DNA of 64,000 nucleotides, from contig CAXHAT010000011.1 in assembly GCA_964014485.1 (NCBI GenBank), forward strand, positions 1 through 64,000, written 5' to 3'. Numbering within the stretch: position 1 is the stretch's first letter; every line of letters begins with the position of its first letter. Below, piece by piece: positions 47,837 to 57,723 of the stretch. The notes beneath the pieces were generated by a model that saw only the letters and a program-made list of their open reading frames with translations, did no database searches and was not told the origin of the DNA. The translations under genes and the position numbers were made by a program. This DNA comes from an uncultured Deferribacteres bacterium. Its GTDB lineage: Bacteria > Zhuqueibacterota > Zhuqueibacteria > Zhuqueibacterales > Geothermadaptataceae.

Positions 47837-48643
47837 CTAAGAAATTCGCGGCCCGTAAACTTTCTTTTCTAGATATTCTTCGCGAAATTCGCAAGCAAGA
47901 TCAAACGCACCCTCTTCGCCGTGCTTTTCGATGGAGAAGCTTTTGGTCTTCCGTTGATTGCTGCGGGCCTGATAGCTGACCATGTAGTATTCGTAACCTT
48001 CGCCTTTTGAAGAACGATAAACGCCGACGACGCCGGTTTTGCTTTTATTGTATTTCCTGAGATTGCGAACAACAGTGTAGCGCTTGCCTTTTTTGCGCTT
48101 TCCTTTGGGGCCGCGTAATCGCTTGGGTTTTTGCTCAATCTCAAGTCCGGGAACGACTTTGAAGGCGGGGAGCCCCAGTTCCTTGCGCATTTCATCGCGG
48201 TGTTCGATGGCCAGCTCCAACGCTTTTTCTTTGCCGCCGCATTTTAAATCGCTAAAAAGTTTGCTGTGGGTTTTTGATTCTTTATAAACGCGCACAAACC
48301 AGCCGTGCGTGTTCTTTGAATCGATTCGGCTAACGCCGGTCAGCGCTTTTTCTTCCGGGATTTCTTCAAAATTCGGGTCTTTTTCAACTTTAGGCTTTTT
48401 CTTGATTTCTTTTGTAGCAAGCCGGCTTTCATAGGATTTGACGAATTCTTTGTACTTCGTCGGAAGGTCACCGTAGGTTTCTTTGTCGTAAACCAGTTCT
48501 TCATCTTCATTGGGCGGGCGATGAAAAACGAAGCACTTGCTTTTGAAAACGACCGCCTGCGGCTCGCAAAAACAAGCTTTGTCGCCGTCGTGCTTCTTGA
48601 ATTCTTCCGGAGCGAGCTGAGGATAAATATGAATATAAGTCAT
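47837..48643 (-). CDS. Protein with two AP2-like DNA-binding domains
   Basis: TGVSRIDS..THGWFVRV..SKLFSD..GGKEKALELAIEHRD and SKTGVVGVYR..KTKSFSIEKHGEEGAFDLACEFRE. Confidence 0.75.
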   Translation of the reverse strand: MTYIHIYPQLAPEEFKKHDGDKACFCEPQAVVFKSKCFVFHRPPNEDEELVYDKETYGDLPTKYKEFVKSYESRLATKEIKKKPKVEKDPNFEEIPEEKALTGVSRIDSKNTHGWFVRVYKESKTHSKLFSDLKCGGKEKALELAIEHRDEMRKELGLPAFKVVPGLEIEQKPKRLRGPKGKRKKGKRYTVVRNLRKYNKSKTGVVGVYRSSKGEGYEYYMVSYQARSNQRKTKSFSIEKHGEEGAFDLACEFREEYLEKKVYGPRIS

Positions 48644-48650
48644 AAGTCTT

Positions 48651-49943
48651 TTACTCAGAACCGATTGAGTCGGCGGTTTCTAAAAGTTTCGCCTGCATTT
48701 TCTCGGATAATTCTTCGGTTTTAATCTCGAATTGTTCGCTTTTTTGCAAATCTCTTATCGCGACTTTCCCTTTTTCGAGTTCTTGTTCGCCAATGATTAC
48801 GGCGAATCTCGACCTGGAGCGATTCGCTTCTTTCATTTGCGCTTTCAAGCTGCGGCCAAGTAAATCCGTTTCAACGCTCAGGCCTAAGCCGCGTAATTCG
48901 TGCGCCAGTTTCGCCGCCAAAAATCGAGCCTTGTCGCTCAAAGCTGTAATAAAAACATCAATTGAATTTATCAGGTCTGGAAACAGTTCTCTTTTTTCCA
49001 TAACAAGCAAGGCGCGCTCCATCCCGGCGGCAAAACCGACTGCCGGCGTTTTTTTTCCGCCCAGTTGTTCGGCAAGAAGATCGTAGCGCCCGCCGCCGCA
49101 TAAGGCGTCTTGCGCGCCCAAGTCTTCGCTGATGATTTCATAGGCTGTGCGCGTGTAATAATCGAGGCCGCGGACAAGGCGGTGATCCAGTTCGAAAGCG
49201 ACGCCGTTTTCTTCCAGCAACGCTTTGACGCTTTCAAAATGCGAAGCGGATGCGTCGTCGAGATAATCAAGCATCTTGGGCGCGTCTTGCGTTTCCTCGT
49301 TGCAGATCGGCTTTTTGCAATCGAGAATGCGCATTGGATTTTTTTCAAACCGCGTTTGGCATGTACCGCACAATTTTTCGAGTTTAGGCTTTAAGAATTC
49401 CCGGAGAATTTCTTTGTACTGATCGCGGCAATTTTCATCGCCGACACTATTAAGTTTGACTTTAAACGACTTCAAGCCAAGCGCAGCATAAACGTCGATG
49501 GCGAACATGATCGACTCAACGTCTGCGAAGGGTTCCGCGCTGCCGATGATCTCAACGCCGAATTGATGGAATTGTCTAAAACGACCCGCCTGGGGGCGTT
49601 CCTGTCGAAACATTGGGGAGATGTAAAAGACTTTCGTAACGGGTTTCAGCGCGCCCAAATTGTTTTCGAGATAGGCGCGTACGACCGGCGCCGTGTTTTC
49701 CGGTTTCAAAGTCAGAGACTTGCCGCCCATATCTTGAAAGGTGTACATTTCTTTCGCCACGATGTCCGTGAGCTGACCTACCCCACGTGCAAAAAGCTGG
49801 GTAAGTTCGAACATCGGCGTTCGAATTTCCTGGAAGGCGTACTGCGCCGCTGTTCGCCGAATCGTTTCTTCCAGAAAAAGCCATTTGGGCGAGTCGGCGG
49901 GCAGAATATCTTGCGTGCCCTTGAGTTTTCTAAGAATATTCAT
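48651..49943 (-). CDS. hisS: Histidine--tRNA ligase
   Basis: KGTQDILP, KEMYTF, MFRQERPQAGRFRQFHQFG, LVRGLDYYT, GGGRYD, GFAAGMER. Confidence 0.98.
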   Translation of the reverse strand: MNILRKLKGTQDILPADSPKWLFLEETIRRTAAQYAFQEIRTPMFELTQLFARGVGQLTDIVAKEMYTFQDMGGKSLTLKPENTAPVVRAYLENNLGALKPVTKVFYISPMFRQERPQAGRFRQFHQFGVEIIGSAEPFADVESIMFAIDVYAALGLKSFKVKLNSVGDENCRDQYKEILREFLKPKLEKLCGTCQTRFEKNPMRILDCKKPICNEETQDAPKMLDYLDDASASHFESVKALLEENGVAFELDHRLVRGLDYYTRTAYEIISEDLGAQDALCGGGRYDLLAEQLGGKKTPAVGFAAGMERALLVMEKRELFPDLINSIDVFITALSDKARFLAAKLAHELRGLGLSVETDLLGRSLKAQMKEANRSRSRFAVIIGEQELEKGKVAIRDLQKSEQFEIKTEELSEKMQAKLLETADSIGSE

Positions 49944-50052
49944 TTAAAGTAAGTTTCAAATTCAAGGATGTACGTATAAAGCAACTCAAATTGTAAGGTT
50001 GGGCGGCAACAATTGCGACGAAAAATATGGACGGTTTTTGAGTGTGAACTGT

Positions 50053-50532
50053 TCAGGAATGCCTAAGCTCGGCAACCGCCTGCTCTTCTTTTGAAATGAT
50101 TTCAAAAACCTCGCGGGAGGTCTGAGCCGCCAGCAAACGTTGTCGGAAATCGTCGACATGCATCAGCCGCGAAATTCGGCTGAGCGCTTTTATGTGCGGC
50201 CCGGTCGCCCCGTGCGGTCCGACTAATAGCCAAATAATTTGAACGGGTTTTTTATCCATCGATTCAAAATCGACAGGCCGTTCGGTAATTCCCAGGCCGG
50301 CCGTCAGGCTCGGCGCCGCATCACTTTTTGCGTGCGGTATGGCAACGCCGTCGCCGACCCCTGTACTCATGACCGCTTCTCTGTCAAGTACCGCTTTTAG
50401 AACCTGGGCTTCGTCATCAATTCTCCCTGCGTCGCCAACGCTTGCAACGAGTTTTTTAATGGCTTCGTACTTGTCTTCGGTTTTCAAGGGGACGAGGATA
50501 GCGTCGAGTGAAAGTATCTCCGTAAGTCTCAT
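50053..50532 (-). CDS. PTS EIIA domain protein (PtsN/fructose-type)
   Basis: REAVMSTGVGDGVAIPHAK, DFESMD.KPV, HIKALSRISRL. Confidence 0.9.
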   Translation of the reverse strand: MRLTEILSLDAILVPLKTEDKYEAIKKLVASVGDAGRIDDEAQVLKAVLDREAVMSTGVGDGVAIPHAKSDAAPSLTAGLGITERPVDFESMDKKPVQIIWLLVGPHGATGPHIKALSRISRLMHVDDFRQRLLAAQTSREVFEIISKEEQAVAELRHS

Positions 50533-50631
50533 GCGTGCGCTCCTTCCGCTCTCGCTTTTAGCCCGCCAAGAATATATCATTCTCCCCCCTAATAGCAATT
50601 TATTTCTCTAAAAACACAGTGATGTAAAAAG

Positions 50632-50673
50632 AAAAAACGCGGATTGGCAAACGAGCGCCAATCCGCGTTTTTT
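50632..50673. terminator. Strong intrinsic (bidirectional) terminator
   Basis: aaaaaacgcggattggc-aaacgagc-gccaatccgcgtttttt. Confidence 0.8.
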
Positions 50674-50756
50674 ATGCCCGGAAAAGTGCGGTTATGATCT
50701 CATGTTACGCACTTTCGGAAATTTTCCGAATAGCACCTGAGAAACGTCACTTTTGC

Positions 50757-50827
50757 GTCATTCCCGCGCAGGCGGGAATCCAGTCAATCGCGCACAGCCC
50801 CTGGATTCCCGCCTGCGCGGGAATGAC
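50757..50827. repeat. GTCATTCCCGCGCAGGCGGGAATC REP palindrome pair
   Basis: Perfect arms gtcattcccgcgcaggcgggaatccag / ctggattcccgcctgcgcgggaatgac; also explains the spurious ORF 50694-50912. Confidence 0.85.
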
Positions 50828-50880
50828 TTTAACGAGAGTTTCTACGGCGCCACGGCTATCGCGTAACATAAGTTATGATT

Positions 50881-53877
50881 TTAGAAATCCACGCCTATCG
50901 AGAACAGGCTGACCGGTTTGTCGATGTTGCGCAAATCGGTTGGAAAACCCAGGTCATATTTTATGGCAAAGTACCCAAGGTTGAAACGCGCGCCGACGCC
51001 AAACGCGGCTTTCAAATCATTCAGACGAAATCCGTCTTCAGTTGAAACGAGGTCAGGCGAGACTGTTGAAAATCCGGGCGCATCGATTCCCCAGGCCACC
51101 GCCGTGTCAAAGAAGAGCGCCGCGCTGAAAGCGTCGTATTGCGCCGGAGCAAACGGGAACATCGGGAAGCGGTATTCCAAATTCTGAACAACGAATTTGG
51201 TGCCGTAGAGCGAGTTGTAGTCGGCGCCGCGAAAAGTGTACGGACCGCCAATGGCGTAGAGTTGTGCGTCGCGACCGTAGCTGCCGAGACCAAGTACTCG
51301 GAAAGCGAGGGTTGAACGAGAACTCACTTGAAAATACCGCCGGAAATCCGCTGAAACCGTCGTGAATGAAAAATCGTCGAAAGCGCGCTCAACTTCAAAC
51401 CGGGCCCTCGTGCCGCTGAGCGGGCCGATAAATCCGTACGCCGTGTTGTCAAATACAAAGGCTGTGTATGCTTGTCCAAACGTTACATTGAAGACGTCCG
51501 ACCGTTCACGATTTCGTCTGTTGCCGGTGAACGTATCGAGCAGGTAATTTCGGTCAACTCGGGTTAGGCCTGCTCCCAGTTCAATACGCATAAAGCGATT
51601 AAAGGGATACTGGACGATACCGTTGAATCCGCGATAATTGTCTTCAACGACGCCAAGTTGATTGAACGTCGCGAATGCTGCGTAATTTAAGCGCGATTGA
51701 AAAACTTGTGCGCCGAAATTCAAGCGCTGCCCCTGGTTTAAGTAGGCCAGACCGAGGTCGGAGTTCAGCAAGTTTAAGCGCAAACCTGTAGAAACCTGCA
51801 AAACATGATTGCCAAGCATGTCGCTGAATTGCAGGCCAAGCCCGGCAGTGGAGCCGAAATACCCGCCGACGTTTGCGCCAACGGATCCGCCGTCAAATGA
51901 GGGACGCGCCTTGTATTTTCGCGCTTCCACCGAATCGACATTTTCGAGCGTGTAGCCAGTATAAATGTCGTTTTGTTCCTTCAGCTCAGGCAGCCAGGGC
52001 TTGTCGTTCTTGAGCGTGTCGTCGTCGGCGTTTTTGAGAACAACGATGCCAACGCTTTCGCCGGTTGTGACTGACGCCATCGTCGTTATGTCTTCTTTAA
52101 AGATTTTGAACGGCTTTTTGCTCTCAGGCATTTCCATGCGGTAGATTTGCCAAGAGCTTTTTTCGAACGAGGAGAACGCCAGATATTTTCCATCCGCCGA
52201 CCAGCTAAGCGCCGGGGTCAATTCCGTGATTCCGGCGACCCCGGATTTCAAGGCCGTCACTTGCTCAATTGCGCGGCTGTCGAGATCAAGCTTGTAAATA
52301 TTCGACACGCCCTGATGGTCGGAGACAAATGCGATTTCATTGCTTTGCGGCGACCATTGCGGGCTGATGGTGTTGCCCTTCAGATTAGTTATTTGCTCGA
52401 TTTCTCGCGTTGCAATGTCGTATAGCGCCAAATCAAGATCGCCGAAAAGCAGGTCGTCGATATTCGTTCCTTCGCCTCTGTCTGTAATAAAAGCGATGCG
52501 TTTTCCATCGGGAGACCAAGCGGGGTGCATGTCGGCATAGCGATCCGCCGTCAATTGCTGGCGTTCTTTTGTTGCGATATCAACAATGTAAAGGTCTGAG
52601 CGTCCGCCCGTTATGCCGACAAAAACGATTTCGTTGCCGTCGGGCGAGAAGGCGGGGGAGAGCAGACCGTTAAGATCGTCAAAAACGAGTTTGCGCAATT
52701 TTTTTCCTGACTCGGCGTCGACGACATGAATAGCGTCGTCTTTACCGCTTTTTGAAATAAATGCGAGTTTCTTGCCGTCCATCGACCAGGACATTCCGGT
52801 TTCAAGATATCGCAGGGCTTCAAAATCTGTGCTGCGGCTTCCTTTGATCAAATGCTTTTGCGTGAACTTGCCATCGGCGTTTTCCTTCAAAACGGCAACG
52901 TCGTCAATCAAATTCTTGTTCGTCATAAATGCGACTTGCTTGCCGTCGGGGCTGATGGCCGGCAGTACATTCATGCTGTGAAATGCGTTCTGTTTTTTCG
53001 TTAGTTTTTGCGCGACTTTTGCGGACTCTTGCAAGTCTTCGGATTCAGGCAGCATCTGCTCGCGCATAGCGGCGTGCCATTTTTTTGTTAAGGCGTTCGC
53101 GGTTAACCCGGTGTGTTTTAACAAGGCTTTTTGAATACTCCCCATTTGCACCGCTGATTTTAGAATCTCGCCGACTTTTTGCTTGCCGTGCTTTTCACCG
53201 ATGTAGTACCAAAGCGATTCGCCGATGCGATAAACGCGGATGTCTTGAGTGGTATTTAGCTGGTCGACTGTGAGCAGTTTGTTGTGCATTAAGCCGTCGC
53301 GCACCCACATGCGCGTAATCGTGTCCATTTCGATTGAGAGATATTCCGCCATCCCTTCAACAAACCATAGCGGCGGGTTGCCGAGGCCCTTGGCGTTTTT
53401 CCCGGCATTGCCTGGGTTTAGTAAAATGTCGAATTGGAAAGCGTGTACGAGCTCGTGTACAAGAACGTGATTGAATTGGCGATAGGAGCCGGTGATCGGC
53501 AGTGCAACGCGCCCCTTCAACGACTCAGTCACGCCGCGAGTGCCGTGCCCAATCGCGCCGACAACGTTGGTTTGTTGAAAATCATTGACTGAGGCGTAAA
53601 GAATCAACGGGATGCGTTCTTTGAATTCATGCTGAAAAACGTCGCTTAAATAGTCGTAGCCGCGTTCCGCCATTCTGGCCGCATCGTGTGCGGCTTGTTC
53701 CTCTTCTTCATAATAATGAACGTCGAAATGTTCAGTTCGGAAAACCGCCCAGTCAAAATTTTTATAGTGAACTTTATTCTGACCAAAGCGATAAGATTGT
53801 CCTGAAGCCAGATTTGTTAAGAACAATAGAAAACCGGCGATTGCCAGCGTTTTTTGAAAAAATTGAGAGAAAAGCAT
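50881..53877 (-). CDS. Outer-membrane protein: peptidase MA-like domain, TolB/PD40 propeller and Omp85-type barrel
   Basis: Signal peptide, FGQNKV.Y, HELVH..PLWFVEGMAEY, repeated P.WSPDG, barrel region with FRG motif and terminal Phe; AGGAGG RBS before ATG 53877. Confidence 0.85.
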   Translation of the reverse strand: MLFSQFFQKTLAIAGFLLFLTNLASGQSYRFGQNKVHYKNFDWAVFRTEHFDVHYYEEEEQAAHDAARMAERGYDYLSDVFQHEFKERIPLILYASVNDFQQTNVVGAIGHGTRGVTESLKGRVALPITGSYRQFNHVLVHELVHAFQFDILLNPGNAGKNAKGLGNPPLWFVEGMAEYLSIEMDTITRMWVRDGLMHNKLLTVDQLNTTQDIRVYRIGESLWYYIGEKHGKQKVGEILKSAVQMGSIQKALLKHTGLTANALTKKWHAAMREQMLPESEDLQESAKVAQKLTKKQNAFHSMNVLPAISPDGKQVAFMTNKNLIDDVAVLKENADGKFTQKHLIKGSRSTDFEALRYLETGMSWSMDGKKLAFISKSGKDDAIHVVDAESGKKLRKLVFDDLNGLLSPAFSPDGNEIVFVGITGGRSDLYIVDIATKERQQLTADRYADMHPAWSPDGKRIAFITDRGEGTNIDDLLFGDLDLALYDIATREIEQITNLKGNTISPQWSPQSNEIAFVSDHQGVSNIYKLDLDSRAIEQVTALKSGVAGITELTPALSWSADGKYLAFSSFEKSSWQIYRMEMPESKKPFKIFKEDITTMASVTTGESVGIVVLKNADDDTLKNDKPWLPELKEQNDIYTGYTLENVDSVEARKYKARPSFDGGSVGANVGGYFGSTAGLGLQFSDMLGNHVLQVSTGLRLNLLNSDLGLAYLNQGQRLNFGAQVFQSRLNYAAFATFNQLGVVEDNYRGFNGIVQYPFNRFMRIELGAGLTRVDRNYLLDTFTGNRRNRERSDVFNVTFGQAYTAFVFDNTAYGFIGPLSGTRARFEVERAFDDFSFTTVSADFRRYFQVSSRSTLAFRVLGLGSYGRDAQLYAIGGPYTFRGADYNSLYGTKFVVQNLEYRFPMFPFAPAQYDAFSAALFFDTAVAWGIDAPGFSTVSPDLVSTEDGFRLNDLKAAFGVGARFNLGYFAIKYDLGFPTDLRNIDKPVSLFSIGVDF

Positions 53878-54462
53878 AGAACCTCCTAATTCATACACAG
53901 CAATTAATTTGTCGAAATTTTCGCTCTCTTGTTTTTCGTGGGGCTTTCCTGATTTTGCTCACGCGTTCCCACTTTTCTTTGAATGATGTTGAACCTTGTT
54001 TCGCGCGGCAATCAGAGAAAAATCAAGCAGCATCTTTTCGTCGGGCGAGAGCGAATTCGAACGTTGCCATACTATACGGACGCGGTGGTGTATACCCTAT
54101 TAGCTTTTTCTTGTAGCAATTCGCAACGCCAGATGGTTGCCGCCTTTCCAGGCGTATTTTCTGGTTATCATGAAATAGCAATTGATTTTTGCGGCCTGAG
54201 TCTTCATTTTTGCCACGTTTTGGAATGACGGCAAAATCGGCTAGTTACCTGATGTTATGCACTCGCCGTCTATGGCGTGCGACAAAAATAGAAAACGGGC
54301 GTTTTGCTCGTTACCGGGCTGAAACCTGGCGTTAATGAAGCGATGTTTGCGTTTGAGCTTCACAAAATAAGTTGGCATACGTGATTGCCGTTAGTATGAA
54401 GTTTGCCTGTGCTAGTTATCAGAAAACCGTCTGGAACTTGTAAAATTTGAAATGCTGATGTT

Positions 54463-55332
54463 TTGGAAATGAAGATAGATTTGAAATTACCGAATAAGCA
54501 CATTCAACAAATGTCTAATCAAAAGGTTTGGGGAAAGGGGGAGATTGTCCGCAAAACGCGAGTTTACGACGCGCTTTTGCAAGATAAGCTTGTCGACGTT
54601 TTTCGCATAAAATACCGAAGTGACGGACTTTTAGTAACGGGCTTTTTACTTCAACCTCAGAAACTTAAGACGGCTCTGCCGCTGATTATTTTTAACAGGG
54701 CGGGAAACCGGGAAACCGCGCTCATAGGCGTCCGGACACTGAGATATTTGTCTTCATTCGCTGAACAGAATTACGTTGTTTTGGCTTCGCAATACCGCGG
54801 CAATGACGGCGGCGAAGGCCGTGAAGCTTTTGGCGGCGAGGACATTAATGACGTTCTCAATTTAATCGACGTTGCCAAGAGTCTTGATTATGTTGACGCT
54901 CAACGTATAGCGATGTTGGGATATTCGCGCGGCGGAATGATGACGTTTTTGGCAATGAAAGAAGGGGCGCCGCTTAAGGCGGCGGCAGTAGTGGGTGCGC
55001 CTACGGATTTGACTCAAACCTACGAAGAACGGGATGATCTAAAGCCGGATTTAATCGAGCTGGTCGGCGGGTCTCCGCAAGGTAATCGAGACGCTTATTT
55101 TGAACGATCTGCCTGTTATTGGCCTGAAAAATTAGAAGCGCCCTTGCTCATTCTCCACGGTGACAAAGATTGGCGTGTTGACGTATCACAAAGTCGTAAA
55201 TTGGTGGAGAAGCTCATCAAGCTCAACGCCAGACACAAATATGTAGAATTCCCCGGGGCCGATCATAATCTAAGCACGGAACGTAAAAAGAGAGACGCTC
55301 TCATACTGCAGTGGTTTGCGAAGTATGTTTAG
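54463..55332 (+). CDS. S9 family peptidase (alpha/beta hydrolase)
   Basis: Y.SDGL.V.G, SQYRGNDGGEG, GYSRGG nucleophile elbow, HGDKDWRV, ADH; start uncertain. Confidence 0.88.
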   Translation: MEMKIDLKLPNKHIQQMSNQKVWGKGEIVRKTRVYDALLQDKLVDVFRIKYRSDGLLVTGFLLQPQKLKTALPLIIFNRAGNRETALIGVRTLRYLSSFAEQNYVVLASQYRGNDGGEGREAFGGEDINDVLNLIDVAKSLDYVDAQRIAMLGYSRGGMMTFLAMKEGAPLKAAAVVGAPTDLTQTYEERDDLKPDLIELVGGSPQGNRDAYFERSACYWPEKLEAPLLILHGDKDWRVDVSQSRKLVEKLIKLNARHKYVEFPGADHNLSTERKKRDALILQWFAKYV

Positions 55333-55561
55333 TTTTGGCGTCGAAAGTTAAAGTTGCTGCTTCATGTCAATAGTTTGTATTTTCCGTCAGGCTCAAAAAC
55401 CTAAAATTATTGTTGAAAATTGAGATTTATTCCATTACATTCGCAATCTTTTGTGCATCTTTGCGGTGCAAAGCGGCTGATATCACAAAAGAAAACAGAA
55501 GTTTAAACAAATATAGGCGCGGAACAGCGTCAGCGAAAAGCAGAATTTCGGAGGAATTGAA

Positions 55562-55801
55562 ATGGCCCGCGTTTGTAAAATAACCGGAAAACGCCCAATG
55601 GTTGGGAACAACGTTTCCCACGCCAACAACAGAAACAAGCGTCGTTGGAAGCCAAATCTGATTTCCAAAAGAATTTGGGTCCCGGAACTCAATCGATGGG
55701 TTCGCATCAAAATGTCCGTTCGTGCATTAAGAACAGTCGAGAAAAAAGGACTGATGCAAACTCTGAAAGATAACGGCCTCTCTTTGAAAGACGTGGTTTG
55801 A
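55562..55801 (+). CDS. rpmB: 50S ribosomal protein L28
   Basis: MARVCKITGKRPMVGNNVSHANNRNKRRWKPNL; GGAGG RBS. Confidence 0.97.
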   Translation: MARVCKITGKRPMVGNNVSHANNRNKRRWKPNLISKRIWVPELNRWVRIKMSVRALRTVEKKGLMQTLKDNGLSLKDVV

Positions 55802-55847
55802 ATTTTTTAAAGATTAGAGCGATTTATCGCAAATACTGGAGTAGGAA

Positions 55848-56009
55848 ATGGCAAAGAAAGGCAACCGTGTAAAAATTAAACTGCAGAGCACTGAAAGCTC
55901 GCATTTTTATTATACCACAAAAAATAAACAAAAAACGCCTGCGCGCATCGAATTGAAAAAATACGATCCGACTGTGCGTAAGCATGTTTTGTACAAAGAA
56001 ACACGATAA
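55848..56009 (+). CDS. rpmG: 50S ribosomal protein L33 (53 aa, absent from the ORF track)
   Basis: [53 protein letters not shown]. Confidence 0.97.
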   Translation: MAKKGNRVKIKLQSTESSHFYYTTKNKQKTPARIELKKYDPTVRKHVLYKETR

Positions 56010-56167
56010 ACTCTCACAAAAGTAACGTCTGCGTCGCTTGTCCTGAATCGATTTTGAATTCGAGATTCTCAAAAAGCATCTTGACAGCGCCCGACTTGAG
56101 AAAAACAGCGAACGGACAGGATTAATCAGGTAACCAAAGTTCTTAGAACCTCAGGGAGGTAAGTTCG

Positions 56168-56344
56168 ATGAAAACCACATTTTATGATGTCAAACTGCGA
56201 ACCAAAGTTGAAGCGGAAGTGACCGAAAAAGTCGAATACGGCAAAGACGGTCGCAAGCGCTACGCTATCCGTGCGAAAACTTCGGACGGACGCAACCTGA
56301 CGAAATTCGTCAGCAAGGCGGACTGGGACGCGATTAACGTTTAA
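56168..56344 (+). CDS. 58-aa basic protein, CC1/Cren7-like small beta-barrel candidate (absent from the ORF track)
   Basis: GGGAGGT RBS; MKTTFYDVKLRTKVEAEVTEKVEYGKDGRKRYAIRAKTSDGRNLTKFVSKADWDAINV; followed by a terminator. Confidence 0.75.
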   Translation: MKTTFYDVKLRTKVEAEVTEKVEYGKDGRKRYAIRAKTSDGRNLTKFVSKADWDAINV

Positions 56345-56367
56345 CGTCGAAAATCATCGACTGATCT

Positions 56368-56415
56368 AATAAAAAAGCCGGTTAAGCACAAAATAGCTTA
56401 ACCGGCTTTTTTATT
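56368..56415. terminator. Bidirectional intrinsic terminator
   Basis: aataaaaaagccggttaagc-acaaaata-gcttaaccggcttttttatt. Confidence 0.85.
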
Positions 56416-57520
56416 TTAATCTCTTAATTGCTCGTTTTGCGACTTTCGATGAGGGATCGAATTCTAACGCTGTAAGGTATGATCGACGGGCAAGCTCGCT
56501 TTCTCCCTTCAGGCGATAAATCTCAGCAAGCACATTGTGAGCCTCGGCCATTTTATTTGGTGCGTCACCAGCGGTTTTTTCTAAATATAACAAAATTCTG
56601 CTTTCACCGGATTTCAACCGCGCGCCGGAATACACGCTTGTCCTGCCTACTTGCAAATAAGCGTTAACTTCGTTTGGGCTGAGCTGTATTATTCTCTCCC
56701 ATGCGGCGAACGCTTCGTAATAACGCTGCGTTTCCTGGCATAAATACCCCAGTTTTGTGAGCGCGAGAATATCTTCAGGATACCGTTCTAATACGCCTTG
56801 ATACATTAAGACTGCCGATCGCAAATCTTCTTTTTCGCGATAGATTTTCTCGAGACGCTGGTAGGCAAAACTGGCGGTCTCTTTTACGTCGATCGCTTGT
56901 AACAAAAGTCGTTCAGCGGCTTGGAAGTTTTTCCCGTCCGCGGCAATTAATCCGTTCGCCAAAGCTGAAAAGCGTGGAGCGAGCTGTTCAATCTTTCCGG
57001 CTTGAGCTCTTGCCTTTGAAACGCCGCCGCCTAAAAGCGCCGGCGCCTTTAGGTAGAAATATAGAATTGCCAAACGAGCTTCGATATTTTCAGGATCAAG
57101 CGCGACTGCGGTTTCGAAGGAGCGCTTGATTTTGAATGCCAAGAGCGGTTTTTTCAGAATTGACGACTGGCTGGATAGCTGACCGTAAATTCGGCCTAAC
57201 CAGAGATGATACTCAGAAGTTTTGGGGGCTGATTGGACTGCTTTCTCAAACCACTCCGCCGATTCCGAATAGCGCTTGTTCTCAAAGAAGATTCTCCCCA
57301 GGTAAAAATAGATTTGCGCTGCCTTTTCTACCTTCTGATCAAGAGCGGCAAGGAAGATTGCCTTCGCCTGGTGAAATTCTCTCCTTTCAAACAGGGAAAT
57401 CCCTTCCTGCAGAAAGTGTTTCTCCTGCGCAGATGCGTCGCCGCTAAAAAACGCGGATGCAGTGATCAACAAAAAAAGTATACGTTTTGATTTTCGCCAG
57501 GCAGTAATTTTGATTTCCAT
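56411..57520 (-). CDS. Secreted tetratricopeptide repeat protein
   Basis: Signal peptide (ASAQ); TPR motifs YFYLGRI, YHLWLGRIYG, AP.LLGG...KA. Confidence 0.85.
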   Translation of the reverse strand: MEIKITAWRKSKRILFLLITASAFFSGDASAQEKHFLQEGISLFERREFHQAKAIFLAALDQKVEKAAQIYFYLGRIFFENKRYSESAEWFEKAVQSAPKTSEYHLWLGRIYGQLSSQSSILKKPLLAFKIKRSFETAVALDPENIEARLAILYFYLKAPALLGGGVSKARAQAGKIEQLAPRFSALANGLIAADGKNFQAAERLLLQAIDVKETASFAYQRLEKIYREKEDLRSAVLMYQGVLERYPEDILALTKLGYLCQETQRYYEAFAAWERIIQLSPNEVNAYLQVGRTSVYSGARLKSGESRILLYLEKTAGDAPNKMAEAHNVLAEIYRLKGESELARRSYLTALEFDPSSKVAKRAIKRLK

Positions 57521-57723
57521 TTTATGGTTGAAAGTAGCCGTTAAGATATTCGATTTGTTTCCAAATGAGCTTGGTCATGATCTCGAAAAAAGCCGACGAT
57601 AACCAAAACCTGTCCAAACGCGGCTTTCTTCCCGTGTTTTCAAAATGTGATAATTTTGGGCAATTTTCGCAAGAATCGGGTGGTTGATCAACAGAGCGTT
57701 TTTTTATATTCGCAGAAACAAAA

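Noticed and set aside
53900..54460. Long intergenic region as a riboswitch or sRNA (also 41340-41820)
   Set aside because: No recognisable aptamer consensus; consistent with divergent promoters, plus one REP in 41340-41820
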